From contig NZ_MWQY01000003.1 of the NCBI RefSeq assembly GCF_002087085.1, forward strand, positions 62,001-126,000: a stretch of DNA of 64,000 nt, written 5' to 3'. Below the pieces are notes generated by a model. It saw only the letters and a program-made list of their open reading frames with translations, had not been told where the DNA came from and did not search any database. The translations under genes were made by a program, and so were the position numbers. Below are positions 41,221 through 50,981 of the stretch, piece by piece (position 1 is the first letter of the stretch; each line of letters begins with the position of its first letter).

Positions 41221-41621
41221 GCTATTTCAACCTCCTGGGCGTTCCAGTTCAAGGCGTATGCGTATGTTTCAATGTTCTCCGGCTTGACAATTTTCACGCG
41301 TAAATCCAGCCGCCCGCCCGGTTCGATTTCAGCCTCTACTATCACCTCATCCGCAATCCCTGAATCAGTCAGCCATGCGATGGCAGAGCGTACCGATTCG
41401 ATTACATCGTTCCGGGTGTTGACCGTGACAGGGCCATTCATCGCCTGCGGCAGTGTTGACGTGTAGCGTTCGTCTTTCGGCGTTGCGAGATTTCCCCACC
41501 ATGGCCCGGTAAAGATTGACAGGTAAACTGCGTTAAAAAGTCCGTCCGTCATTTCCGGCTTGCCATTTACTATGGTTATTTCACCGCCGTCACGGGTCGG
41601 TGTAATTTTCAGGTCTGCCAT
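41217..41621 (-). CDS. Mu gp46-like baseplate protein
   Basis: AVYLSIF...WWGN, AIAWLTDSGIA. Confidence 0.82.
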   Translation of the reverse strand: MADLKITPTRDGGEITIVNGKPEMTDGLFNAVYLSIFTGPWWGNLATPKDERYTSTLPQAMNGPVTVNTRNDVIESVRSAIAWLTDSGIADEVIVEAEIEPGGRLDLRVKIVKPENIETYAYALNWNAQEVEIA

Positions 41622-42118
41622 TATCCCCCCGTCTTGACCGTTGTGGTCTCTGCTGCTGAGATATCCAGCGTGATGCTTCCGGGAGTGCCGGAGCCGTCAA
41701 GTTTTGTTCCGAGTACCGTATTAAGCGCGGTAATCATTCCATGTACTGCGGTGTCGAGTTCATCGAAAGTGACCAGCCGTTTATCTGATCCGTTAATTTC
41801 AATCGTGCCGTCAGCCTTGAGATGTATCCGCGCCGCCTCAGTATCGCCTGCGGTGTTGGTTGAGTAGACAACCGTCTCCCCTGCCGCCGGGTTAATCTCG
41901 ACCCTGTAATTATGCGCGGCTACTACAATGCGCCGGTTGCCTAATGGAATTTCGATAACCTGATCATTAACCGTCGGCGCTGATGCAATCCCCGGATTAT
42001 GGTACATCTCAAGTTCTCGTTCAGCGATTGCCGTCTGCGTTTTAATGAGTACCGCTTTTCCCGGAGCAGTTCCCCGGCGGGCGTACCGGATGCCGGTTAC
42101 TTTGCTTAATCCTCCCAC
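41621..42118 (-). CDS. Baseplate spike (Mu gp45-like)
   Basis: GIASAP, GETVVYS, IHLKADGTIEI; position after the hub gene. Confidence 0.75.
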   Translation of the reverse strand: MGGLSKVTGIRYARRGTAPGKAVLIKTQTAIAERELEMYHNPGIASAPTVNDQVIEIPLGNRRIVVAAHNYRVEINPAAGETVVYSTNTAGDTEAARIHLKADGTIEINGSDKRLVTFDELDTAVHGMITALNTVLGTKLDGSGTPGSITLDISAAETTTVKTGG

Positions 42119-43149
42119 GGCATATCCTCCGGGTATGTGTTCGAGTAGGTACCGGGAAGCGTCAGATCAAGCGTAGTTATCCTGCCTGATGATTCGTCCA
42201 TCGAAAATGTGGCCTGCTTAATTAAAAAGAGGGATGGCTTAATGATAAAAGCGCCGGGGGCCTTGAGCCTGATTACTTCCCCTGCCCGCCAGAATGCGCC
42301 GTCATGTTTCCATCCTTTGACGATTACCTGTGGGGTGTAACTTGATATCCACGCGCGGGATCGTGCGAGTTTCGCCGCTGCCGAATAGTCCGCGCTCTCC
42401 TGCTCCGGCTGTATAATTTTCTTCCCACGGATTGCCGGGGCCATGCGCCGATCCGTGACGGTTGCCGATATGTCGGGATTTCCGTCAGATGAGGCGACAA
42501 TGATGTATTCGTGATGCAGGGTGGTAACGTCATGACCGGCTGAAACAGATACAACATTCTTTTCCCCCTCGATGATGTCGGCCACCGGTGCACTGTCTGC
42601 GATGTTGACAAACTCAAGGCGGCCGGTTGCGGTCGGTCGGCCGAATAAACCATTAGCCGCAGCGAGTTGAGATAAGAATTCATAAACCGTTTGCCCCGGT
42701 GTAATCTGCACATCGGCAAGCGGGGCGGTATCGGGGATGGCCTTCACTGTGTAGGGGTGCGCGATTTTTGCGGCTATCTGATTAAAGGTGAGCCCGGTAA
42801 ACTGAAAAGGCGGGCCTGCTGACCAGTCGATAAGTACGCCGGTGATTGACCGGCCCTGAATATTCATTGACCGATTCTCAGGGTCTGTCACAAGAGACAG
42901 CGCTTCAAGGTAGCCGGTAATCAATTTTTCATCGTCCGCCCAGACTACAACCTGCTGAGACTGATACGGGCGAAAGCGCCGTATATTATCTGGCGTTGGA
43001 TTCCAGGGAACGGAAAATGAAAAAGCATCTGCGCCTGAGTCAATCGAGCGGATAACTGACAAGCCAGACCAGCCGGTTATCCTTTCGCCACGGTTTACCT
43101 GCCCTACCTGATCGCCTCCGATTTCAATTATGATCCGGGGGTCACTCAT
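42106..43149 (-). CDS. Baseplate hub (Mu gp44-like)
   Basis: GWSGLSVIRSID, GRSITGVLIDWS, PGQTVYEFL; start moved to MSDPR. Confidence 0.85.
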   Translation of the reverse strand: MSDPRIIIEIGGDQVGQVNRGERITGWSGLSVIRSIDSGADAFSFSVPWNPTPDNIRRFRPYQSQQVVVWADDEKLITGYLEALSLVTDPENRSMNIQGRSITGVLIDWSAGPPFQFTGLTFNQIAAKIAHPYTVKAIPDTAPLADVQITPGQTVYEFLSQLAAANGLFGRPTATGRLEFVNIADSAPVADIIEGEKNVVSVSAGHDVTTLHHEYIIVASSDGNPDISATVTDRRMAPAIRGKKIIQPEQESADYSAAAKLARSRAWISSYTPQVIVKGWKHDGAFWRAGEVIRLKAPGAFIIKPSLFLIKQATFSMDESSGRITTLDLTLPGTYSNTYPEDMPWED

Positions 43150-44383
43150 ACCAGCGGACCTCCCGGCCATTCGGAATAGTTAGAATTTCATTTCCGGTCA
43201 GGCGGTTATAGGCGATAAACTCAGACAGGGTATCTTCGAGATTGTCTATATCGGAATATAATTCGTAGACCAGCGCCAGGGGGTTTATCGACCGGTCAAG
43301 GGTTCGACGCTTTTCAGTCGGCAGGTTAAGCGCCCGGTCAACAAGGTTTGAAATTGCGCGGGCTGATGCCTGTTCTGCTGCGGCCCTTGATGCATAATCC
43401 GATTTGAAATTTCCCGCTGCTTCTATCGCTTCAACTGCTGTGGAGATATTGGCATTGAGCGCGTTCAGCGTGTCGATAATATCGGCCGCTTGAGAGCGTG
43501 TTGTTATCGTGCCGTCAATCGTCGCCTCGGCTGCGGCTGCCTGTATCGCATTTGCTTGAGCGGTATTGATAAGGCCGACCATTTCGCCGTATGCAAGCGT
43601 CTGGCTTTCAAAACCTGCGATTATAGTTGAATAGGTCGCGCTGTAGCCTTCAATCTTCGATTGTACATTTGTCACCGTTCGGGCCGGGAGACGATAGAGC
43701 GTCAACAACTCCTGCATCAGATCAGCGGGGGCAGTTACAAGATCGTCAATATTATTTGTGACCGAAGTGATAACCGCTTCTATGTCTGCCTGCAATCCAT
43801 CGACCGCCGCAGAGACAGAAGCAAAAGCCGTTTTGAACCGGGCCATGTTTCTGACAACGGCATCCTTTAGTCCGGCTATGCCTTTCGGGTCGGTCAGTTC
43901 TTCGCCGTCAAGTCCGTCGGTGATTGCGGATGCGGCAGTATCGGCATCGGCGGTAATCTGTAAATCGGGGGCAGCTTCGATTGTCGGGTATTCATCGGCG
44001 TCCTCGGGTGCGGTAATAAAATCAACTTCAAAAACCGCCCGTCCTGCGCCGTTGACAAATTCTTCTGTCTGCGTTCTGGGATTAGGGAGTACGCGGACAT
44101 TTCCCCACCGCGGATGATTCAGAAATCCAGGGCCGGTTTCAAGGAGTGCGTCCCAGAAGCGATCACCTTCGAGATCGTAATCTTGCCCGGTAATGTAGCA
44201 GCGTACCGGATAGGTAATTGTCCGCTGTCCTAGGTCCTGGACGGTTCCACCTTTCGCGCCGGGGCTCTCTGTTACCGGTGCTTTCTTCCCGCCGCTTCGT
44301 GACAGGTCGTCAAATTGCAGGGTAAAAGATTTACCGGAAGGTGAGGTATAAACCATGTCGCGGAGGCGGTCATTAAAACTCAT
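43142..44383 (-). CDS. Mu gp43/N-like DNA circularisation / tail protein
   Basis: VQDLGQR, GPGFLNHPRWG, C-terminal LVYELY; follows the tape measure gene. Confidence 0.85.
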   Translation of the reverse strand: MSFNDRLRDMVYTSPSGKSFTLQFDDLSRSGGKKAPVTESPGAKGGTVQDLGQRTITYPVRCYITGQDYDLEGDRFWDALLETGPGFLNHPRWGNVRVLPNPRTQTEEFVNGAGRAVFEVDFITAPEDADEYPTIEAAPDLQITADADTAASAITDGLDGEELTDPKGIAGLKDAVVRNMARFKTAFASVSAAVDGLQADIEAVITSVTNNIDDLVTAPADLMQELLTLYRLPARTVTNVQSKIEGYSATYSTIIAGFESQTLAYGEMVGLINTAQANAIQAAAAEATIDGTITTRSQAADIIDTLNALNANISTAVEAIEAAGNFKSDYASRAAAEQASARAISNLVDRALNLPTEKRRTLDRSINPLALVYELYSDIDNLEDTLSEFIAYNRLTGNEILTIPNGREVRWYE

Positions 44384-45765
44384 CTGCCCCCCAGGTAGCC
44401 ATAGTTAAGATTAACCCCAGGAGCAATCCCACGCTGTCGTACCGTCGACCCGTTCGGGAGTCCGCCTATATTGACGTCAACCGTGGATTTCGATTCCGAG
44501 TAAGACCGGGATTCTGCCATGCCCTGATTTGCAGAGAGTAAGCCCCGCATTTCGGGACGGCTCCCGCCACGGTTCCCGAAGTATTCCCGGCTCTCCGGAG
44601 TAGAGTCAGCACCGAGCCCGCCGATAAAATCGCCGACCGCCCGAACAGGTGTCATGATGGCATCCACGATAGCAAGGATCCGGCGCTTTGCATCCTCAAA
44701 AGATTGCAGGACGCCGCCCCAGAGGGCCTGGAAGAATGCTTTTATCGGCTCCCAATATTTGATAATGAGGACGGCCGCTCCACCGATAGCCGCAGCGAGT
44801 AATCCCCATGGCGTTGTCAGCGATAAGAGCCGCCCGGCAGCCATGGCCTTTTTTACCGCCTTGATCGCTTCGATCAGACCACGGGTTCCGACGATAGCCG
44901 AGGTCACAAGCTTGAACGCGCCGGCTCCAGCCAGGACTGCGGGAATAACCCCGCTCCTCCAGTTCTGAGCCAGCCAGCGGCCGGCGTTCGCAATCCTGGT
45001 TATGGTCTCCTGGATCCTCTGGTTTATAAGATCCTGGTTCAGGGCGACAAAATCGGCCATGCGTTGAATGAACGGCTGCATAGCATTTACCAGCGGGGCG
45101 ATTGCGTTATTTTTTACGGCAGTCATAGAGTTTTTTAAATTCGTCATCGAGTCAATAAATCTCTCGGACGATTTTGCCGCGTTTGTGGAAATAACGTTTC
45201 CATATTTCCGCGCCTCTTCCCGGAGGGCTTCAATCCCGGCGGTTCCATTTTCGGCCATGACAATGAGTTCTTGACCGGCCCGACCGAAAGCCGCTTGAGC
45301 CAGGGCCGCCCGATCCATCGGGTTTTCAATCGCGGCCATCTGTTCTACCAGTATGGAGAACGCCTGTTCATTCGATTCTGCAAGTTTCAGCTGTTTAGCC
45401 AGTGCGGGATTCTGTTTATTAAGTAGCGTGGTCAAGGTTCCCGTACCGGCTCGGAGGTCGCCGACATTCTTATTCAGCCGTTCCATGGCGGTAGTAAAGG
45501 ATTCAGCGGATACCCCGGAGCGGTCGGCGGCAAACCGGAGTTCCTGGAATGATTCAGCCGATAGACCGAGACGCCGGGAGGTCTTGGCGATTTCGTCCCC
45601 GGCTTCTGCGAATTTCATAGTAGACCGGGCCACGGCAAAGGTGGCCGCCGCCATCCCTGCCCCGGCTGCGAGTGCAAACCGTTTGACGTTCTGCTGCATC
45701 CTGCGGATAGGACCAGAGAGACGGTCAACTGCATTAAATGTCGTCGAGACTGTCGGCTTAGGCAC
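44380..45765 (-). CDS. Tail tape measure protein (short, 461 aa)
   Basis: AVDRLSGP N-terminus; Ala-rich helical body; IIKYWEPIKAFF. Confidence 0.85.
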   Translation of the reverse strand: MPKPTVSTTFNAVDRLSGPIRRMQQNVKRFALAAGAGMAAATFAVARSTMKFAEAGDEIAKTSRRLGLSAESFQELRFAADRSGVSAESFTTAMERLNKNVGDLRAGTGTLTTLLNKQNPALAKQLKLAESNEQAFSILVEQMAAIENPMDRAALAQAAFGRAGQELIVMAENGTAGIEALREEARKYGNVISTNAAKSSERFIDSMTNLKNSMTAVKNNAIAPLVNAMQPFIQRMADFVALNQDLINQRIQETITRIANAGRWLAQNWRSGVIPAVLAGAGAFKLVTSAIVGTRGLIEAIKAVKKAMAAGRLLSLTTPWGLLAAAIGGAAVLIIKYWEPIKAFFQALWGGVLQSFEDAKRRILAIVDAIMTPVRAVGDFIGGLGADSTPESREYFGNRGGSRPEMRGLLSANQGMAESRSYSESKSTVDVNIGGLPNGSTVRQRGIAPGVNLNYGYLGGR

Positions 45766-46453
45766 TGAGTCCCCTCCTGCGTAAGCGTCTGACTGCTACC
45801 TGGTTAAACTTCGCCCGGATATATTGCGGTGTGCCATATCGCTTAATCGCGTCGTCGTGAAAATTAGTGTCTTTTAGTTTCACCTCTTCGTGTTCCAGGG
45901 TTCTCAGCATCGTAAGCCGTTTGTTTTTATTTTTCCGTTCGTACAGACCACGTGGACGGCCGTCGCCTTTCGGGGTGCCGATGAAGAATTTCCCGGTATC
46001 GCCGTACTCGCCATCTTTGAGACTGTCGCCGCCGCCGATGCGGTAACGCTTGGCGATTGCCTTTAGAATGTCCTGCGACGTACGGGCCTTGCTGGTAGGA
46101 ATCGGGAGGGCCCCATCTTTCCCCTTGATCGTCTGTCCGCCTTCCTGCGTCCAGAGATAAGACGAAAAGGTTCCGGTCCTGGAAAACATGCGGTCAATGT
46201 TCCTGCCACGTGCTTTATTAAGTGCTTGATATGGCCGCGCCCTGCTGGATTTCATCGAGTTAATCGTGTATTTCGTCCGTACACGTAACCGGCGCTTGAC
46301 GTTTTTTATCTGCTGCTTTGTTGAGGCGTCGGCAACGATATTCAAGGTTTCTGCGATGGCTTCCGGGAGTACAGTTTTCCCGGCCATGTCGAGCGCGAGC
46401 ATAGCGGAACGAGTATCTATGTCTGTCGGGAATGCTACGCCCTTACTTGCCAT
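45758..46453 (-). CDS. Basic neck/tail-completion protein (lambda gpZ-like candidate)
   Basis: Start moved to MASKG; AIAETLN..A pattern; highly basic. Confidence 0.55.
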   Translation of the reverse strand: MASKGVAFPTDIDTRSAMLALDMAGKTVLPEAIAETLNIVADASTKQQIKNVKRRLRVRTKYTINSMKSSRARPYQALNKARGRNIDRMFSRTGTFSSYLWTQEGGQTIKGKDGALPIPTSKARTSQDILKAIAKRYRIGGGDSLKDGEYGDTGKFFIGTPKGDGRPRGLYERKNKNKRLTMLRTLEHEEVKLKDTNFHDDAIKRYGTPQYIRAKFNQVAVRRLRRRGLSA

Positions 46454-46610
46454 ACGCCTTTGCGTCCCTCTCGTAGAGCTTGACCGCTCCGTCATACCAT
46501 CCGATAAGTTCGGATACTTTGAGCCGCCCGATTTCCGACGGCTGGAACTTGAATCTGTCGGCGACCGTAAGGGATGCGTCCCAAAGGTCAGCCGCCGACA
46601 TCATGAGAAA
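46443..46610 (-). CDS. -1 frame extension of the tail assembly chaperone (P2 gpE'-like)
   Basis: Hand-translated: FLMMSAADLWDASLTVADRFKFQPSEIGRLKVSELIGWYDGAVKLYERDAKAYGK*. Confidence 0.75.
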   Translation of the reverse strand, partial: FLMMSAADLWDASLTVADRFKFQPSEIGRLKVSELIGWYDGAVKLYERDAKAYGK

Positions 46611-46972
46611 AAACCCATTACCGCCGCAGCAAGGTTCATATCCCGCGCTTTCATGCGCCCGAGTACACCTTCCGGTTGCCCGACCATCTGCGATAAAAGG
46701 CGGAGGCTCATTGCGAATTCGTCTTTGATCTTTTGCGCCTGCCTGAGCTGTTCGACGGTAGGTTCCGAGACTTCCAGCATGGTGAGGGTGTCGCCGTTCT
46801 CAAGATTGATAGGTTTTACCAGTTCGATAATGAAAGTCTCTGATCCTTCGGAATATGTAATTCTGCCCGCTTCGATTGCCCGGATAAGCCTGTCCCTGTC
46901 TGCGGTTATTACGGTGTCAAATTTCTCTTCCCAACTTTCAAGCAGCGCGATGGCCTTCTCCTGATCTGCCAT
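46601..46972 (-). CDS. Tail assembly chaperone (Mu gp41 / P2 gpE-like)
   Basis: Follows the tube gene; EPTVEQL, MKARD; ends in slippery G GGT TTT. Confidence 0.82.
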   Translation of the reverse strand: MADQEKAIALLESWEEKFDTVITADRDRLIRAIEAGRITYSEGSETFIIELVKPINLENGDTLTMLEVSEPTVEQLRQAQKIKDEFAMSLRLLSQMVGQPEGVLGRMKARDMNLAAAVMGFFS

Positions 46973-46983
46973 TTTGCTAACTC

Positions 46984-47358
46984 CTAAATCTGTTCAAACT
47001 TCGGGCCGGATGCGGTAATTTCTACCTGCCCGGTTCCGGTGTTGGCGTCCAGCACATCGACAATTACCAAGTCGCCCCGGTAGGTTGTCCCGTCCACAAG
47101 GGTCAGATAGCAGGGCACCTTGTCCCCGCTGTCCGCCGCTGCCTGCAAGAATTCCAGGTCTCCCCGGTCATGATCGAGCAGAACCGGTAGTCCGTCGAAG
47201 CCTCCAAGTTTCCGCCGCTGGGTTACGTGGATCCCGCCGTTCCCGGTTGCCTCGGTTTCGTTTTGGTAGCCAGAAGTCCTGAACGTTACGTCCGACCCGG
47301 TCACAACATCGAAGAGGCGGTTATTGATCGAACACTCTCGTATATCTCCGCTTTTCAT
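46984..47358 (-). CDS. Tail tube protein (Mu-like)
   Basis: 124 aa directly after the sheath; LVDGTTY. Confidence 0.8.
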   Translation of the reverse strand: MKSGDIRECSINNRLFDVVTGSDVTFRTSGYQNETEATGNGGIHVTQRRKLGGFDGLPVLLDHDRGDLEFLQAAADSGDKVPCYLTLVDGTTYRGDLVIVDVLDANTGTGQVEITASGPKFEQI

Positions 47359-47368
47359 TTTTTACTCC

Positions 47369-48844
47369 TTAATTGAGATAGCCCCATTCGAGCTTGACGG
47401 CGACGATACGGAGACCTGCGCTTGCAATGTCGGGAATTAGAAGGTCAATCCGTCCAGGGTTGTCACCGTTAATTACTGCGGTTGTTCCAGCCTTGATTGT
47501 GTCAAGGTCGGTGGAAAGTCCACGGGCTCCCCAATCTTCGATGAGGCCGAAAGCGCGAGCTTTAACCATGTTCGGGGTGACAGCGTAAGAAGGAGCCGCC
47601 CCGCCACCATTTGCAACCACTACGCCGCGATCAAAGGGCGATACAAGGAACGCCTGCTCGAGTGCGTAGATTTTGAATTGCAAGTTCGGGATGATGATGG
47701 TAAAGCGCCAGTCTTCCGTGTCCGCTCCGGCTGCCGTGGTAGTCCGCGTAGTGCAAAGGTCGCCGAAAGTAACGGTTCCGTCTTCCTGGTTGAAAGTGTG
47801 AGACCCACCCGCCTTTACTGCGGTGTCCCGCTCGGTGTAGGTCAGATCGTCATTGCCAGCGAGTACTCCGGGGATGGTCAGCGTTTTGACCGGTCGTCCT
47901 GGGGTCGCCTGCTGATACCTGGCAAAGGTAGCGGTTGCGGAAGCGGCAATCATATACGCCGGGGTGCTGGATCCGTGGACGGGGACGAAGGAAGTCCATT
48001 CGGAATTCCGATCATCTAGGGCGGTGATAAAGTTCGCATAAGTATCGGTGTATCCCACAATCCCGACAAAAGGCCGTTTGACACCGGGTGCTACCCGTGC
48101 GGCTCCTGCGGTTTCGAGTTCGCCGAGGGAAGTGTCATTGTTGTACGGACAGGCGATATCCGTATACCACGTGTTACCAAGGGCCGAGAGTGCGGTTGTC
48201 ATTGCCGGGTCGGTCGCTCCTGCTACAACGTCGCCGATGTCGGTTACTGTCGCAGTCACGCCGCCGGGGGTCTCGTCAGTGTCAAGCCGGTTGATTTCGA
48301 GCTTGATCTGATTTCCGCTTTCGCCTTTCCAGCGGACGGTAAAGGTCACGGTGCCGGTCACATTGGCCGCGGTCACGGGAAGGTCAAGTTTTGCATTGAC
48401 CGCCGCAGCGATGGCGGACCCGATATCATCGGCGCTATCACCGGCTGCAACTGCGACGGGTACACGTACGCCGCCGACATAGACGGCAAGGGTCCCGGCT
48501 TCTGCGGTCGTAACTGAAATTGCAATAGTCCCGGTGGCCGCTACCGCTCCGCCTGCGTCCGCAAGGGGAAGGGCATACACGGGAACGCCGCCGCCGTTGT
48601 CGAGAGCTGAGCCAATCATATTGGCAAGCATGGAGCCGCGCCCGTAGCGATCCCACGCATCTGATTTCGATAGGATCAACTGCGGGGTATTTACGGTCGG
48701 GGATTTCCCGGAGTTGTACTGTCCGGGTACAAGAATCTTTCGGGGGATAACGGCTGAACCGGTTCCCCTTTTGACGGCTTCCTGTTCGACGAAAACGGCC
48801 GAGGCTGCTGCCGTCGGGGAAACCAGATTAAAAGTGATAGACAT
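47369..48844 (-). CDS. Contractile tail sheath protein (Mu gpL-like)
   Basis: YGRGSMLANM, WKGESGN, NPGRIDL. Confidence 0.92.
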   Translation of the reverse strand: MSITFNLVSPTAAASAVFVEQEAVKRGTGSAVIPRKILVPGQYNSGKSPTVNTPQLILSKSDAWDRYGRGSMLANMIGSALDNGGGVPVYALPLADAGGAVAATGTIAISVTTAEAGTLAVYVGGVRVPVAVAAGDSADDIGSAIAAAVNAKLDLPVTAANVTGTVTFTVRWKGESGNQIKLEINRLDTDETPGGVTATVTDIGDVVAGATDPAMTTALSALGNTWYTDIACPYNNDTSLGELETAGAARVAPGVKRPFVGIVGYTDTYANFITALDDRNSEWTSFVPVHGSSTPAYMIAASATATFARYQQATPGRPVKTLTIPGVLAGNDDLTYTERDTAVKAGGSHTFNQEDGTVTFGDLCTTRTTTAAGADTEDWRFTIIIPNLQFKIYALEQAFLVSPFDRGVVVANGGGAAPSYAVTPNMVKARAFGLIEDWGARGLSTDLDTIKAGTTAVINGDNPGRIDLLIPDIASAGLRIVAVKLEWGYLN

Positions 48845-48855
48845 ACGCTATCCTC

Positions 48856-49419
48856 CTACGGTTCTAATAGCGCAGACCATTTGTCTGCGGTTACAGATAT
48901 CGCTTCGAGGTCAGTACCGGTTCGCGCAGTCGGCGTCCATTCGGTAGTGACGGTCAATGTCAGTCGTCCGGCTGAGAGTCCTTTTTCTCCGAGGGCTTCG
49001 GGATGTAGCGCTATGATGCTTTCAAGTTCGCGCGTACCGATGGAATTAGCACCCATCGAGTAGTCAAGGTTATCCTGGGGGAAAAGAGCATTGAGAAGTT
49101 GATTACAGAGATACCGATATCGAACGCCGGCGGCCTCTGTTGCTTCGGTGTAGTCATCGCCTGATTTGTAGCCCTGCGCCTTGACCAGCATGTCAAAATG
49201 GTATGATGCTTTCATGTCGATCCGGCCGTTACTGGACTGTCTTTCCGGCCTTACGTCGCCCATGTGCATGATGACGTAAGCGATGGCTGAGCCGGTCGGT
49301 AAATCCCGAATACGGTCGGCGCAGACTACAAACTGATCAGTTGTCGGCTCTGCGGCTGAGTAGGTTTCGAGAATGGTTTTCAGGTTGTCGAAAAGTTTGT
49401 CAAAATCAGCTTTCGCCAT
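48856..49419 (-). CDS. Tail terminator / neck protein candidate
   Basis: Position directly upstream of the sheath. Confidence 0.55.
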   Translation of the reverse strand: MAKADFDKLFDNLKTILETYSAAEPTTDQFVVCADRIRDLPTGSAIAYVIMHMGDVRPERQSSNGRIDMKASYHFDMLVKAQGYKSGDDYTEATEAAGVRYRYLCNQLLNALFPQDNLDYSMGANSIGTRELESIIALHPEALGEKGLSAGRLTLTVTTEWTPTARTGTDLEAISVTADKWSALLEP

Positions 49420-49744
49420 AGGGCTCCACCTCGAAAATTACGAAACGCATCGTTCGGTCGTGGTGCGGTGACATAACGCGCCCAGAGACGGTTGCCCCGT
49501 TTGCGTCCACGAATTCGGCTGTCCAGGTTTCCGCTATGTCGCTTACGCTTTCAGCCGGTACGGTGATGGTTGTTTTTGGATCGTAAATCTTCGCTCCGGT
49601 GTCTGGGTCGCTCTGCATATCAGTACGGCGGACCCATCCCTTGACGGGATAGTTATTTCCATCCGCGTCAGTGAGTAGGACGTCGTCACCGTCTCTGGTT
49701 GTGTTGTATGCAAAGTCGGCCCGTGCCTGAGCGCTGATACTCAC
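49406..49744 (-). CDS. Head-tail joining protein (gpFII-like)
   Basis: Size, beta-rich, DPDTG loop; position. Confidence 0.6.
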   Translation of the reverse strand: MSISAQARADFAYNTTRDGDDVLLTDADGNNYPVKGWVRRTDMQSDPDTGAKIYDPKTTITVPAESVSDIAETWTAEFVDANGATVSGRVMSPHHDRTMRFVIFEVEPYGES

Positions 49745-49875
49745 TTCTCAACCGTCTCCGCTTTCTTCTCTTTCTTCTCTTTAAGCAGTCCTGCGGCTTT
49801 GGCTTTTTCGTCGGGGATCTCCCCTGTGAATTTTTCCTTGCCGATGTAGACTACTTCGCCGGGCTTGAGTTTCAT
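49741..49875 (-). CDS. Small Lys-rich protein (44 aa)
   Basis: Hand-translated MKLKPGEVVYIGKEKFTGEIPDEKAKAAGLLK...; 4-nt start/stop overlaps at both ends. Confidence 0.65.
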   Translation of the reverse strand: MKLKPGEVVYIGKEKFTGEIPDEKAKAAGLLKEKKEKKAETVEK

Positions 49876-50024
49876 TTTTCAGCCTTTTTGTTTTCGCTCT
49901 TGCTTTCAGGCTTCGCAGTGGACAGGATTTTTACCTTTCCCTTCTTCTCGTAGATGGCCGCAGCCGCTTCATTCATCACAGATTCAAAACCGTTCTTCTC
50001 GAAACGGACTTTTACGCTTTTCAT
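49872..50024 (-). CDS. Small Lys-rich protein (50 aa)
   Basis: Hand-translated MKSVKVRFEKNGFESVMNEAAAAIYEKKGKVKIL...; SD AAGGAG. Confidence 0.65.
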   Translation of the reverse strand: MKSVKVRFEKNGFESVMNEAAAAIYEKKGKVKILSTAKPESKSENKKAEK

Positions 50025-50036
50025 TCTTCACTCCTT

Positions 50037-50063
50037 AAAATGGGGGCCGACAATGCGGCCCCC
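50037..50063 (-). terminator. Hairpin after the major capsid gene (weak terminator)
   Basis: Minus strand GGGGGCCG-cattgt-CGGCCCCC-ATTTT. Confidence 0.55.
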
Positions 50064-50069
50064 GGTTGT

Positions 50070-50966
50070 TTAGGCGTTAACAGTCTTAACTGCCAGAGTC
50101 GGGATTCCGTAACCGCCATTGCCGCGATAATCAGCGGAGTAGACCCACGTCTTGGTGTGAGGTGTCTTTTCAAGGCGGGGCCGTCCTTCCTGCCGTTTCT
50201 GATAAATCAAAGGCTTCACGATTTCACGGGAGGAAAGCAGGTACCAATCGGTTGAATCGTCAGCGTCAAGGCGGGGGTCGCCGATAACGGTGAACTTATT
50301 TGCAAACGGGTTGTAAGTGTCCACGCCGCCGGTGGCTGTCGGATCTGCCGGGCTGTAGACCAGAGACTCGAAATTGAACTGAAGAGCGACGGGGCAAACA
50401 ATCATGTTCCCGCGAGCGTTCAGCTTTTCGCCCTGGTCATCCGCAAATTTCGCCATAGCGACGAGGGCGGATATCAGGTCGGTTTTGAGGGCGGACAGGG
50501 TGACGCCGGTTCCGGCCAAGAGGTTGTCATTCGGTGCGGTACGGTCGGCGAAAAATGCGCTTCCGTCATAGGCAAGATCAGAATCCCCATTGATGAGGAG
50601 GTCGAACATCATCTTTTCGGGATGTACCATTATGCGCTGAGCGAGGGCTGCGGAGAACATGGACAGCGCTCCGGTCTGGTCATCATCAATGTCGTTCTCG
50701 TTAATCGGTACGCCGGTCGCCCAATCAAGGTTTTTGATTGTGTAGTCATAGGAGTTGAACTCTTTCGCATTCAGCTCCCCGACCCACTGTTTAACTGATG
50801 GCAATGCTCCAAGCCAACCAAGCTTTTCATAAGCCCCGTTAGACTGTATTTCCATAGCAGCGGCCATGATCCCGGGGTTTATGGCACGTGCCTTGTTGTA
50901 CTCCAGCATGGAGCGGGTAAACCCTGGGTAAAGCCCTTTTTCAATTACAATAGGATTAAAACTCAT
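50070..50966 (-). CDS. Major capsid protein (Mu gpT-like)
   Basis: GWLGALPSVKQWVG, DIDDDQ, YDGSAFF, WYLL, KPLIYQKR. Confidence 0.9.
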   Translation of the reverse strand: MSFNPIVIEKGLYPGFTRSMLEYNKARAINPGIMAAAMEIQSNGAYEKLGWLGALPSVKQWVGELNAKEFNSYDYTIKNLDWATGVPINENDIDDDQTGALSMFSAALAQRIMVHPEKMMFDLLINGDSDLAYDGSAFFADRTAPNDNLLAGTGVTLSALKTDLISALVAMAKFADDQGEKLNARGNMIVCPVALQFNFESLVYSPADPTATGGVDTYNPFANKFTVIGDPRLDADDSTDWYLLSSREIVKPLIYQKRQEGRPRLEKTPHTKTWVYSADYRGNGGYGIPTLAVKTVNA

Positions 50967-50981
50967 ATTATCCTCCTTCCC

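Noticed and set aside
39515..50966. Transposable Mu-like phage, tailocin or contractile injection system
   Set aside because: Capsid, portal, GpA terminase and tyrosine integrase are present and no transposase is seen, so a site-specific prophage fits better.
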